The notes below the pieces were generated by a model that searched no databases, was not told the origin of the DNA, and saw only the letters and a list, made by a program, of their open reading frames with translations. 64,000 nucleotides of DNA from Lama glama (lineage: Eukaryota): positions 32,924,001 to 32,988,000 of the forward strand of contig CM052816.1 of NCBI GenBank assembly GCA_028534125.1, given 5' to 3'. Positions 26,044 to 36,930 of this stretch are shown here, piece by piece. The position numbers and the translations under genes are program-made. Position 1 is the stretch's first letter. Every line of letters starts with the position of its first letter.

Positions 26044-27024
26044 ACTTCACAGCTTTTTGTAATTTCTACTTTTCAGAAAACTTCTATGATGTGTACATAT
26101 TTTATTTGTAAGGAACAAAGGGACAATGAGAGCTTTTCGTCCACCTAAAGTATCTTTCCTGGACAAAATAACACTGAATTTATCACACAATAAATTAGTT
26201 GAATATGAAAAGGAAATCGGTAGTCTTTGGCCAAAGGAAACGTAACATTTGGAAGAAATAATGGAAGGGCAGCTTCAGAGCTCATGCTGCAAGGTGCAAA
26301 GGCCCACAGAGAAGGGAAAGAGGCACGGCGATTAGGAAGTCAACGCCCGGCTCAGGGGCAGTGAGGGAGAACCAGGTAACACTGCATAAGGATCCCCACG
26401 GGAGTGAAGTCAGGGTCTAAGCTGAGAGGGTGGGACCAAGATCTGACCTGAACTTGCTGCCCCTGCCCACACTCTTCCCAGGCGTCACCTAGACTCCGGC
26501 TCGAGTAGCCACTGAGGGCAGGGACCTGCTGACCAAGTCGCCCTGAGGTGTCGTGGATGCTCCAGGTGGCACAAAAGGCACCAGGGTATCTGGAAACCAG
26601 GGCTCTTGTCCGGATTCCGCGACTGGCCTTGTCCTGTCCTCCCTTGCTGCATGTTAACAGCATCCACCTGGGAAGCCCTCGCAAGCATTCCGGAGATCAG
26701 GGGTCCTTTCACACAGACAGAGAGGCTGCTCCACCCTGCGGAGGTCGGCTCTGAGGCGAGGTAGTCCACCCTGGCCTAGCCCACCCTGAGGCGTTCTCCA
26801 CAGTTCAACCCCTCTCTCCAGGAACACGCCCAGCCCAACTGACCCCTAGACAGATTGAAACCAACCCTGTTGACACATGAGGCTCTGGCTGTCCTCTAGG
26901 GAGAGGTGCCTGACTGAACACCGAGGGCCTGACTCGCTTTCAGGGGCCTTTCTGTATTTCATCCTGGTGACAGGAGTAACTGGGATCAGGGTTTGCACAC
27001 AGGCCCCTCCCCCTCCCCCGATAC

Positions 27025-27259
27025 CTTCATGGCCATCAGCTCCTGCATCAGCACCGCGTTTTCCAGATCCAGCCGCTGGCTGTCTCCCCGGGGCTTGACG
27101 TCGTAGCTGAGAGGATCGATGTGGATGCTTTCCAGCTCCAGCATGGTCAGCTTAACCGCGGCCCTGTCATTCTTGAGCTGCTGGATGTAATCCTTCAGCC
27201 TCTGCTCATCTTCTTTAGTGAACTCTGTGTCACAGCTGCTGGCCGTGGAGCTGGTGGTG
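27025..27259 (-). CDS. MCC: MCC coding exon (235 nt, phase 2-0): TTSSTASSCDTEFTKEDEQRLKDYIQQLKNDRAAVKLTMLELESIHIDPLSYDVKPRGDSQRLDLENAVLMQELMAMK
   Basis: Acceptor ttttctctgcttcccag|C, donor AAG|gtatcg; the peptide is contained in ORF 26986..27354(-). Confidence 0.96.
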
Positions 27260-27584
27260 CTGGGAAGCAGAGAAAACCCACCATATCTCCAGTCATTGCT
27301 AACAAGTCTTTTTTCCCTCAGTCTTCTCCATACCCCTCCTTTCCCCAATGGCATTTAGATGGTAATCCAAAAAAAACCCCCCAAAATGCAAAAAAAAAAA
27401 CCCCATTCTTCATGGCATAGTAAACTGATATCACCTTTTAAGAAAGAAATGAATATGAAGAATAACAGAGGTATTTATATACTTTAACACAATGTGTGGA
27501 CCCTAGAAATGAATGCAAAGGAAATAATTTCATTGAAGCAACAAGATACATATGTACAAAGATGTTTCACGGAATATAAGGTTT

Positions 27585-28041
27585 AGTGATGGTTAACTTC
27601 ACGTGTCAGCTGGGTTAGGCTATGGTGATCAGCTTCTTGGCCAAACATCCATGTTAGATATTGTTGTGAAGGTTTGTTTTCTTTTTTACATGTCATTAAC
27701 ATTTAAACAAACAGACTTTGAGTAAAGCAGATTACCCGCCATAATGGACAGGTCTCATCCATAAACTGGGTCTCATCCAATCAGTTGAGGCCTTAAGAGA
27801 CCGAAATCCCCCAAGAAAGAAGAAATTTTGCCTCCAGACTGCCACTGAATTCAAGACTGCAACATCAACTCTTCCTGGGGTCTCCAGCCTGCCTGCCCTG
27901 TAGATTGAGGACTCCAGCCTCCATAATCCAATGAGCCAGTTCATTAAAATCAATCAGCCAATCAACCAGCTTTTCCACACATACACACACACCCCCCCAA
28001 ACACCCCTGCTGGTTTCGTTTCTCTGGGGAACCCTAATACA
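27585..28041 (+). mobile_element. ERVL LTR (MLT2 family)
   Basis: Starts gtgatggttaacttcacgtgtcagctgg; contains gactttgagtaaagcagattacc and ctcatccaatcagttga; ends gaaccctaataca. Confidence 0.88.
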
Positions 28042-28044
28042 GAG

Positions 28045-28990
28045 GCGCTGCCTTTACCTGGGACCTGAGATATCTATACACTTTGTAGATTAAGAGGTAG
28101 CACAACTCAAATTCTCTGTGCCTATTTCCTCATCTTTAAAATGAAGGTCATACAGTACATGCTTCCTAGTTGTAGTGAAGGTTAAATGAGATAAAATCAG
28201 AATGTCTGAAACAGTGCCCAGCACACAGCAAGTATTCAATAAGCAGAGCTATCACTCATTTGTTTAAGAAATATTAGAGTGCCTACTATGGGTCACTTCT
28301 CCAGGCCCTAGAAAAATCTCAGCCTTCATGGAACTCATATTCTAACAGGGGAGACAAACAAGTAAAATAGATGGCATCTCAGGCAATGAGTCACACCAGG
28401 GAGAGAAATGATGCAGTTGTGGGGAGCACAGAGACGGGATGGGGTGATTCTTCCAAACAGAATTGTAGGGAAGGCCTCCCTGATAGACTTACGTTTGACT
28501 AGACTTAAAGGAGGCGAGAGAGGGAGCTACGTGGAAATGTGGAGGAAGAGTGATCCAAACAGAGGACACAGCAAATGCAAAGGCCCCGAGGCAGCGAGGT
28601 TGGCTGGCCACCAAGAATGAGACTGTGACTGAATTAGTCTGCTAGGGGAGAAGTCAGGGAAGGGTGTGTGTTGGGGGTGGGCAGGGTGTCAGGCTACACG
28701 GAGTACCAGAAAGGTGGTGTGTTTTTTTTTTTTTCTAGAATTAGAATTAGAAGCCACTGGAGGGTTTATAATAGAGGAGTGACACGATCTACCTCACATT
28801 TTAGCAGGATCTCTCTGGCCACTGTACTGAGGAGAGATGCAGGAAGGCAAGAACAGAGGGAGGGAGGCTTTTGGGGGCCATTGCAACAATCTTGGGAGAG
28901 ATGGTAGAAGCTGGGAAGGCAGGAAGGAGGTCAAAAAATTATGAATCATCAGTGTTTGTGCTCTGAAGCTGTATTTTAAAAAGGACAAGA
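28045..28990. mobile_element. MIR fragment followed by a LINE-2 relic
   Basis: tttcctcatctttaaaatg...gtgaaggttaaatgagataa (MIR); gagtgcctactatg, cagcaaatgcaaaggccccgaggcag, agccactggagggttt (L2). Confidence 0.7.
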
Positions 28991-29085
28991 TGGGAGAAGC
29001 AACAACACCCTCCAGTTGGAACACTTCAGGGGCAACTGCATAAAGAAACAAAGCAGCTCAAGAGAAGCATCAAAGAGCAAACAGT

Positions 29086-29106
29086 ACCACCAGCAGAGGG
29101 CACTGC
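29086..29106 (+). promoter_or_regulatory. Candidate CTCF site
   Basis: CCAGCAGAGGGCAC at 29090-29103 fits the core consensus CCASYAGRKGGCRS. Confidence 0.5.
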
Positions 29107-31743
29107 GGAGCCGGCAGGGCGTCTGAGGATGACAGCCGCCCAACAAGGACTCAGCCTAGGGAGAACACAGGGTCCCTCCCTCAGTATCTCAGGGTTCTTC
29201 AACAAAGACCTGCTTGCTAACAGTTTGGCGGTAGGCATGCCTCGTATAACCATTCAACAGGACCCAGAGCTGGCCTTCATGGATTGCCAACACAACAAGG
29301 AGTGACAGATGTCCAATGTCCCACACAGAAGCAACAAAGTCAGAGGGAACTGAAGTGGTGGCACTGCTCACGGAGCATTCCACAGGGCTGAGTGTGCGCT
29401 CCCAGGTGTGGTGTGTTTAGACAGTGCGGTGCTGGGAACTAGCAACACTTCCCTTCCCGTGAGTCGGGAGGAGGCTTCAGGTAGGAAATCCAGCAACAGA
29501 GGTTCACTTTACAACTTGAGTCCTTCTTTTCATTAAAAATCATTTTGGAAAATTTTAAACACACGGAAAACAGAGATAAACCAACACCTGGGTGACCTTT
29601 TTGTCACATTTTCTTTGAAATGCTTTCTTTAGAAATACAACATTCATGCTTGAGGCACCCTTTGTTTCCTGTCACTCAAAAAATAAATTTCAAAAGTTAA
29701 AGGGCACTAGAAATAGAGTTCTCTAACTATTCTGCAGACCCTCAAAGGATACTATGTTGGCAGATTTTCCATTGAGCAGGACTGGTGTCCCTTGGTGGCT
29801 ATCAAAGAGTAGTCACAGGACTGGCCATGGCAGCACCCCCTGGGAACCTTTTAGGAATGCATGTTCCAGGGCCCCACCCCCAGTCCTAGAGTTGAGAGCT
29901 CTCGGAGTAAGGCCCAGCTGTCAGTTTCAGTGCACCCTCCCACTGATTCTGAGGCCCAGCCGGGGTCTGACAACCACTAGTCTACCCCACAGGGTAAGTG
30001 GGCATTTGCCAAGCAGCCTGGAAGGTAATAGGACCCTATCTCAAATTCTCTAGGGAGAGGCCACTATGTTCCTGGGCTGATTTGCTGGGTCCCAGTGATT
30101 ATGAGCAGGCAGACCTGAACAACGTCCCTCCTCTGCCACTGCCTGGCGTTTTGCCCAAAGCAAACTGCCCAGCCTTTCCAGGCTGTGATACAGTGGGGAT
30201 ACTAACAGATCCCATGTCACCTGGTTGTACAAAGGAGACCACAGCCCCTACACAGCATCTGCTCTGGAGGAGGGGGAGGGACAGCTGTGCCAGTGGCCCC
30301 GCCGCATACACCAGCAGATTCAGGGCCCCTTCTAGGGACGTGGCTGCCTGGCAGGCCCTGCCTGTGAGAGAGAGAGGCAAAGCAGCAAGTGCCTGGCCAG
30401 ACTTGACCCCCCACCAGAGCTGTCTGGGGGACACGAACGAGGGTGGGCAGAGGCTGCCAAGCTTCGGGGTGTCCTGGAGCCCTCAAGGGCCTGGGGCCCG
30501 ATCCCTGGCCAGGTGGGGAAGGATTTTGTTTCACCATCCCTGCTGTGGAGATAGTTTTAAGAAAGGCAGAAAAAGAAAAAAGATCAAAAGATCTTCCTCC
30601 ACAGATTCTACCCCTGTGGGAAGCTCCGGGCTGTAAAATGCTCTTCCAGGGGAAAGTTTAATTTCAAGATAAGCACCTCCATCTGGAAACCCCTCTGCTT
30701 CTCTCTCTGCCTTCCAGGCCACCAGCGGGGACCAGATCAGGCGAGGTTCATTACAACTCTGCTTTGGGCTCTGACATTCCACTGTGGAATGTGAGTTTGA
30801 CAATGGGAAAAGGTGAGGAAGCGGGGCCTTTTCAGTGGCCTCCTGCAGGCAAAGGAGCTGCCGCTCACTCATTCTCCCAGGGCCTGCTGCCAGGGGCTGG
30901 GCGAGGGTTACGTCACCCATTAACTCTCCTGGCTTGGAATGCCAGGTGAGCTCAGTTGTCCAGGGGGAAGGATGGTGGGGAGGGCTGCAGAGGCAGCAAA
31001 CCTCAGCCCGTCCTGGTGGAGCCACACATTTTGGTGTTTTTCTCCATTTTTTTTCTTGTTTTTTTGAGGAGCTGGGTCAGGGCCCTGCGTGCTGGCTCTG
31101 CTCTGCGGGTTGAGGGAGGGAGCTGGGACTCACCCCTCTTCTGCCTGCTCTGGTCACAGTGGGCTGGATGCACTTTCTCCAAGCAGCCATCCATTTCAAA
31201 GGTTCCCTCTTCTGTTCCTCTCTACCAGGTCCCCACCTTATCCTCAAGACAACTGCCATCCTGCTTTTTAGAAGAAAAGCCCACTTTTCTTCAGTTTCCT
31301 CATCTTGCCTTGGAAGAGAGTGAAAAGAACATTTCATTTCTTTTGCCTTGGAAACCAGGGATGGATTTCTCCTTAAGTTTTAATCAGTGTCTTACCCGGC
31401 TCCAGTTGAGATCTTATTTCCACCAAGGTGCAGCTCTTTTTTTTAGAAGGAAAGTACAACCAGGGGGCCTTCACTTGGCTGAGCATTTTAAATTTCTTTG
31501 AAGGAAGGGGAAGGGGCAGGTGACATGTGGCCCCACTCCTGCCTTGTCAGCTGCCTATATCTTTCAGTATTGTGCTGGGTAACTCCCACCCCCTCTTTTT
31601 TTTTTTTTTCCTTCAAATTCTTTGTTGCAAAGGACTAAAACCATTAAACACAATCCAAATCTCTTAGGTCTGTATGCTCTCAAATGATGATCAGGAATCT
31701 CTAGGAGAAATGCTTCAGTGAAAAAAACTTATTTAACAAAATA

Positions 31744-31887
31744 CAGTTGACTGTTGAACACTACGAGTTTGAACTTACATGCGGATTTGTAAAAATAAAT
31801 ATAGTACTGTGTTTATGCCGGGAGGTTAGGGGAAGCCATGGTGGGTCCTGGAACGAATCCCCTGTGTATACCCATAGGATGACTGCA
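31744..31887. mobile_element. Short Tigger-type MITE
   Basis: Termini (ta)cagttgactgttgaaca and ggatgactg(ca). Confidence 0.55.
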
Positions 31888-32189
31888 CAGGCAAGGGAAG
31901 TCTGCTGCCACACAGCTGAAGTCCTCAAAATCTGCCTGCTTCCAGAAAGCTCCTAAGAATTTAGCTGACAGTGGAAGGGAAACTGAGAGAGAGATTTAGA
32001 AGACAGAGTCCAACTCTGTTGCTGTTCATAAGGTGCCATCATAATGCTGCTGGAAAACAGGCATCTCTAAAACAATACGAACCTATTCCTGAGTCAGTGG
32101 CTGATAACACACCGGGTAAACACCATCCAGACCTGACACTTACACTGTTGCTCACAATTTCTCTGGCATCACAAAAATTAAACATTTTA

Positions 32190-32537
32190 TAGTCGGTACT
32201 CTGTATCTATGAATTCCACATCTGTGGATTCAAACAGCTGCAGATGGAAAACTTTTGGGAAAAAAATCCAGAAGGTTCCAAAAACAAAACTTGACTTTGC
32301 CATGTGCTGGCAACTATTTTCACAGTATTTACATTGTATTTAGAACTATTTACACATCATTTACATTATATGAGATATTGTAAGAAACCTAGAGATGATC
32401 TAAAATACATGAGAGGATGTTTACGGGCCATAATGCAACTACTATAATGTTTTATATAAGGGACTTGAGCATCTTTGGATTTTGGAATCCACAAGGATCC
32501 TAGAACCAACCCCCATGGATACCAAGGGATGACTGTA
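32190..32537. mobile_element. MER2-like Tigger MITE
   Basis: tagtcggtactctgtatc...catctgtggattcaa...agggacttgagcatc...ggataccaagggatgactgta. Confidence 0.8.
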
Positions 32538-32728
32538 AATCATTTGCAACATCGCTAATAATTAAGAAGTACAAAGTAAAATATTAAGAGTATTTTTTTT
32601 GGCTAGAGATTGGACAAATTAAAAAAAAATGTACATTACCCAATGTTAGCGAGAGTGTGGAGGAAGAGGCCCTCACATTGGCTGAATCATGTACAGAGGG
32701 CTATTTGACATTTGAAGCATTAGTCATT

Positions 32729-32884
32729 AAACAAAAATTTTTTAATAGAGTTCATTCTTTGAACTTTTTTGGGGGGAGGGGGTAGTTATGTTTATTTATT
32801 TATCAGATGGAGATACTGGGGATTGAGCCCAGGACCTTGTGCACACTAAGCATGTGCTCTACCTCTGAGCTGTACCTTTCCCAT
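32729..32884 (-). mobile_element. tRNA-derived SINE (camelid-like) with an 18-bp target-site duplication
   Basis: Minus strand gtacagctcagaggtagagcacatgcttagtgtgcacaaggtcctgggctcaatccccagtatctcc; TSD tttgaagcat(t/g)agtcatt at 32711-32728 and 32885-32902. Confidence 0.88.
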
Positions 32885-35789
32885 TTTGAAGCATGAGTCA
32901 TTTTTGAGCCAGCAAATTCTACTTCTCAGAACTGGTCTCACAGAAATCACACCAGGGGGACAGGTATAAGGACAAAGATGGTGACTGCAGCAGGGTTCAA
33001 GTAGCAAAAAACTGGAAATTAACATCCAACAACAGGAAGGTGTTTAAATACACGATGGACTGCTATCCAGAGGAAGACTGGGTGCTACTGAAAAGAATGA
33101 CACCCACAGAAAGACGTCTGAAAATATAATACTAAGGGGAAAAAGAAAGTTTCAAGAGCATCCACATAACAGGAACCTTGCTGGATTAAAATTAGATGGG
33201 GTCACATTTTCAAAGATGCCATGTTCTGGTCTGCTGACTACACACCTTCCCTTTCTGGGACTGACTCCTTCTCTTCACCTGTGGCTCCCGTGGGAACTGC
33301 CATGGCCGAAGATGAGCAGGAGGGCACCTGAGCCCAGCTGGGCAAGATGTCCTTTCCCAGGATTTTCTTACTTGACACCTTGTGCACTAAAGGAGGAGGC
33401 GTGCTGGTTTCTGTCACCTGGGGAGTCTGTCTGCAGCAAGGAGGAGGTGAAGCCGTGTGTGGGGGCGGCACAGGCTGGATGCGGACTGGCTTGAGCACCA
33501 TGCTGCCACGTGGGGGACTGTGTCTGAGCTGGACTCTAGAAATGACTAACACTTCTAAGCCTTAATCTCAAGGGCTTTGGATGGACTCCCCTGTTACTTG
33601 GATGGGGAAAGCACCCCTCTTTTTCAGAGGAAAGGAAAGATGACTATTAAAACATCCAGACCTAGTCTGAGTCTCATCCCCTGAAGCTTGCTGATGGTGG
33701 TGGCACAGGCCCGTCCTAACTGGATGGCTGTTTCAATCCCATTCACCCTCTCAATGGATAGGATTCCAACTGTCCTCAAACTTTCTTTCCACTCCAGTGA
33801 AACTTAATCAAGACTGGCTTAGAGGGTGAGGGGTGGGCACTTGGGAGCTCCCCGACTCTCCACTCCAATGTGGGGGGTGTGCCGCTGTGTGAGTGGGCAG
33901 CCAGGTGGGACCCTGGCTCCCCAGAGGTTCCCAGAGGCTCACTCACTGCAAGGGTACAGTCACCCGTCTCACAGGACTCACCCCGAGCCCCACCCAATGG
34001 CAGGACAAAAGGGACTCAGTCCCTAGCTCTGCGAGGGGAGACCTGCTGTGGCTTATTCTGTCTGGGCCCACGTCCTTTTGCAGGTTTAGATCAATGCTTC
34101 CACTGAATGACCTGAAATCGTGATGCTTGACAAAAAGGGCGCACTTGATGAAGGATTCCTATATCCCATTTCTCAACAATTCAGTCCATTTGCCTCTTTG
34201 TTGTGATACGCTGATAAAGCTATCCAGGCAACCCATACTGCCTTGTTACTCTGTCCATTATGACAATTATACTTTCAGATAAAGTCACAGCCATGTTTCT
34301 CAAAAAACTGAAATCTTTCAAAAATGAAACAGCAGCATCCCTGGGCTCCTGACTACAGAGTCAGTTGAGGGACTGGCTACCATTTTTATTCTCTATGCTG
34401 CTAACTACCCATCTCCCGCTCCCTTGCAGAACCAGGACCCTCTTGTTATCAGGAGCTGCCCTGTGCTTCCAGGAAGGTGCCTGGGGCCTGGTACTCAGCA
34501 TTCCTCTCCTGAGAGCTGGGCCAGCACTGGCTGATGCTCTGATCAGAATTCTCTACGCCAGTGGGCTACAGGGGGCGGGGAAGGGATTTACAGAGCCACA
34601 GGGAGCTCCAGCTCAGAAAGCTTCTTGTCTTTGCTTCTTCCATCATCTGGACAGGGAGGATGTTTAAGTGCCATGGTAAAAATTTGCAAACAAAATTATT
34701 ATAATTACGAAAGTGTCTGGTGGTTTGGGACTATTTTCTGAGCCACAATGAACATAAGTAGTCTAGTTGTATCAGGTCCTAAGAATGCATGTTGCCACAT
34801 GAATGCCTGCTGTGTGATTCCTATGTACCCTCTCTGAGCTGCTCTGATTTGTGTGGGAGTGTACAAGGGACTTTTTAAGGAGAACTGAATGAAGTCTGAG
34901 CTAAAGGCCTCTGTACTTTGATGAGATCCACTTAAGACTGAATTTCGTTCAAGGGCCATCCTTTAGTGAGGTCATCCTTGAAAACAGAAACTATGTTCTG
35001 AATTTATCTCAACTTACAGAAAATACATTATCTAAAATAAAGTTCCTCTAAAAAGGCTGTCTCAAAATGAAGACTCATCTATATATTAAAATATTTCTAA
35101 GAAGTCTTCACAATCAGGGTCTCCACTAACAGCTGGTGAGAAAATGTTCCCACTCCTGACTGACTCTAAATTTGTCTCTGATTCAGACCCAACACAACAC
35201 AGTAATTTTTGGGGTGGGGAAGGTGTGAGCAAAACCTCTTTAACATACACCTGAAAAGCTACTGAAACAGCATATAGTTCCTGTCAACCCAATTCTTCTG
35301 CTCATGAATTCAACAGAACAGTATCCCTGACAACATGAGAACTGCGTTTCCATTCTACACGAACCTGGACATGACCGATTATACACACCTGGAAAAGTCA
35401 TTAAGAAGAGCATCTGCTTTCCATGTTTAAACAGAGCTGGTTTTAAGAAAAAAGCAAATGATAAATAGCACCTCACTGAATAAGACAATCCTTGCTGGGG
35501 TCAAAAGGAAGTAAGTCCCTGGATTTTGTGGGCACCATGTAACTGCGTTACCAGGAAGGTCCTCTCTTCTGAGGCACCAGGTGTGGGACAGGTAAATGGA
35601 TGCAGATGGCTGGGTCCCACCAGCAGGAAGGACAGATGGGACCATTACGTTTCTCTCAAGTACCAAAAACATCAGTATTTCTCCTTTTGCTCTTGGAATT
35701 CAATCTACCCTCATGTGGCTTTGGTCACTTGACTTGTAAGCAGACACTGTTTTCTTTCTCATGAGATCCAGCCTGGAGTAGCGATAAGA

Positions 35790-35990
35790 ATAATAAGCAT
35801 GCTGCTGAAGGCCTGGGCTCGAGTCCGGACTTCTCTCCCTTCTATCAGCCACGTGACTTTATTTAAGTAAGTTACTCACACATCTCTGAGCCAAGGTTTT
35901 CCCACCTGTAAAAATGGGGTAAGTTACCCTTTCTGTCTTTTGTAGGATGTAAGAATCTCTAATAAAGTGCTTTGTAGATTGAGAATTGGG
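35790..35990. mobile_element. MIR SINE
   Basis: gtgactttatttaagtaagttact...tctctgagcc...ttttcccacctgtaaaatgggg. Confidence 0.65.
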
Positions 35991-36746
35991 ACATAAAGGG
36001 AGGGCATTCGTGTTTTTAGGGGCTTCGGGGGCAAGAAATGAGAAGATCATAAGAAAGGTCTCATTCTGACCCTCCACCCACATCCAAAAGAACCCAACAG
36101 TTTCAGCAAATTCAGCTCAGCAAAGTGTTCACCACTTTCCTCCCCATCTTCTTCAAGTACCCACTTCAGTTTTTTAGATTCACAGATACTGAACCTGAGC
36201 CCAGGTTCACCATTAAGTGCCTGCTAAGCATGTGCTATGATTAAGGTATCACTCTACAAGGCAAAGAGATGGGAAAAGAGAAGGCTGATGCCTGAGGGCA
36301 GCTTACAAAGGACAGAAGCACACGAGGAAGGGAGAGAAATGGGATGCAGTGGTCTGGGTCTTGGGCACTTAAGAGCCACTTGCAGCACATGGGCCTTTGC
36401 CACCCTCATATGCTTCTTGCAAATCAGGGACTATAAAGAAAAGGAGGATAGAATGAAGTGGGGAAACAGCACCGGACAGGGAGGGAGGTTTGGGTTTCAC
36501 TTCCTTGAGCCAATCACCCTTCTCTCTGGGCGGCAACCTTCATACTGGCAAACCGAGAAGGACCTTTTGAGCTCCCCTATTCTGATTCTCTGGCTCTCGG
36601 GGGAGGGAGCAGGCTGCAAGCTAGGGGAGAATTCTGCCCTCCCCCAAGCCTCACAGTCCTCAAGAGCTGGGGCACCGCACGTCATGTCTAGTGAGCAGAC
36701 GACATGGGGACACACGTCCAGCTCGCAGCAGGAAGGCCGGGATTAC

Positions 36747-36930
36747 CTGGTGTGGCTGTTGGAGGAGAGGCTCTCCCAGGGCTGCACGCTGCAGCCGGCC
36801 ACGGCAAAGGCGCCCCCGCAGCTGCCGTCCAGCTTCATGAGCAGGGCCTTGGCGGCATTCTCGGCCGTCTTCCGGCAGTCGTGGGCTCGCTTGAGCATCT
36901 GAGTGATGTTTTCGTCCCCTGACTGGTCTC
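36747..36930 (-). CDS. MCC: MCC coding exon (184 nt, phase 1-2): DQSGDENITQMLKRAHDCRKTAENAAKALLMKLDGSCGGAFAVAGCSVQPWESLSSNSHT(S)
   Basis: Translated by hand. Acceptor ctgcactgcag|GA, donor AG|gtaatc. Confidence 0.95.
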
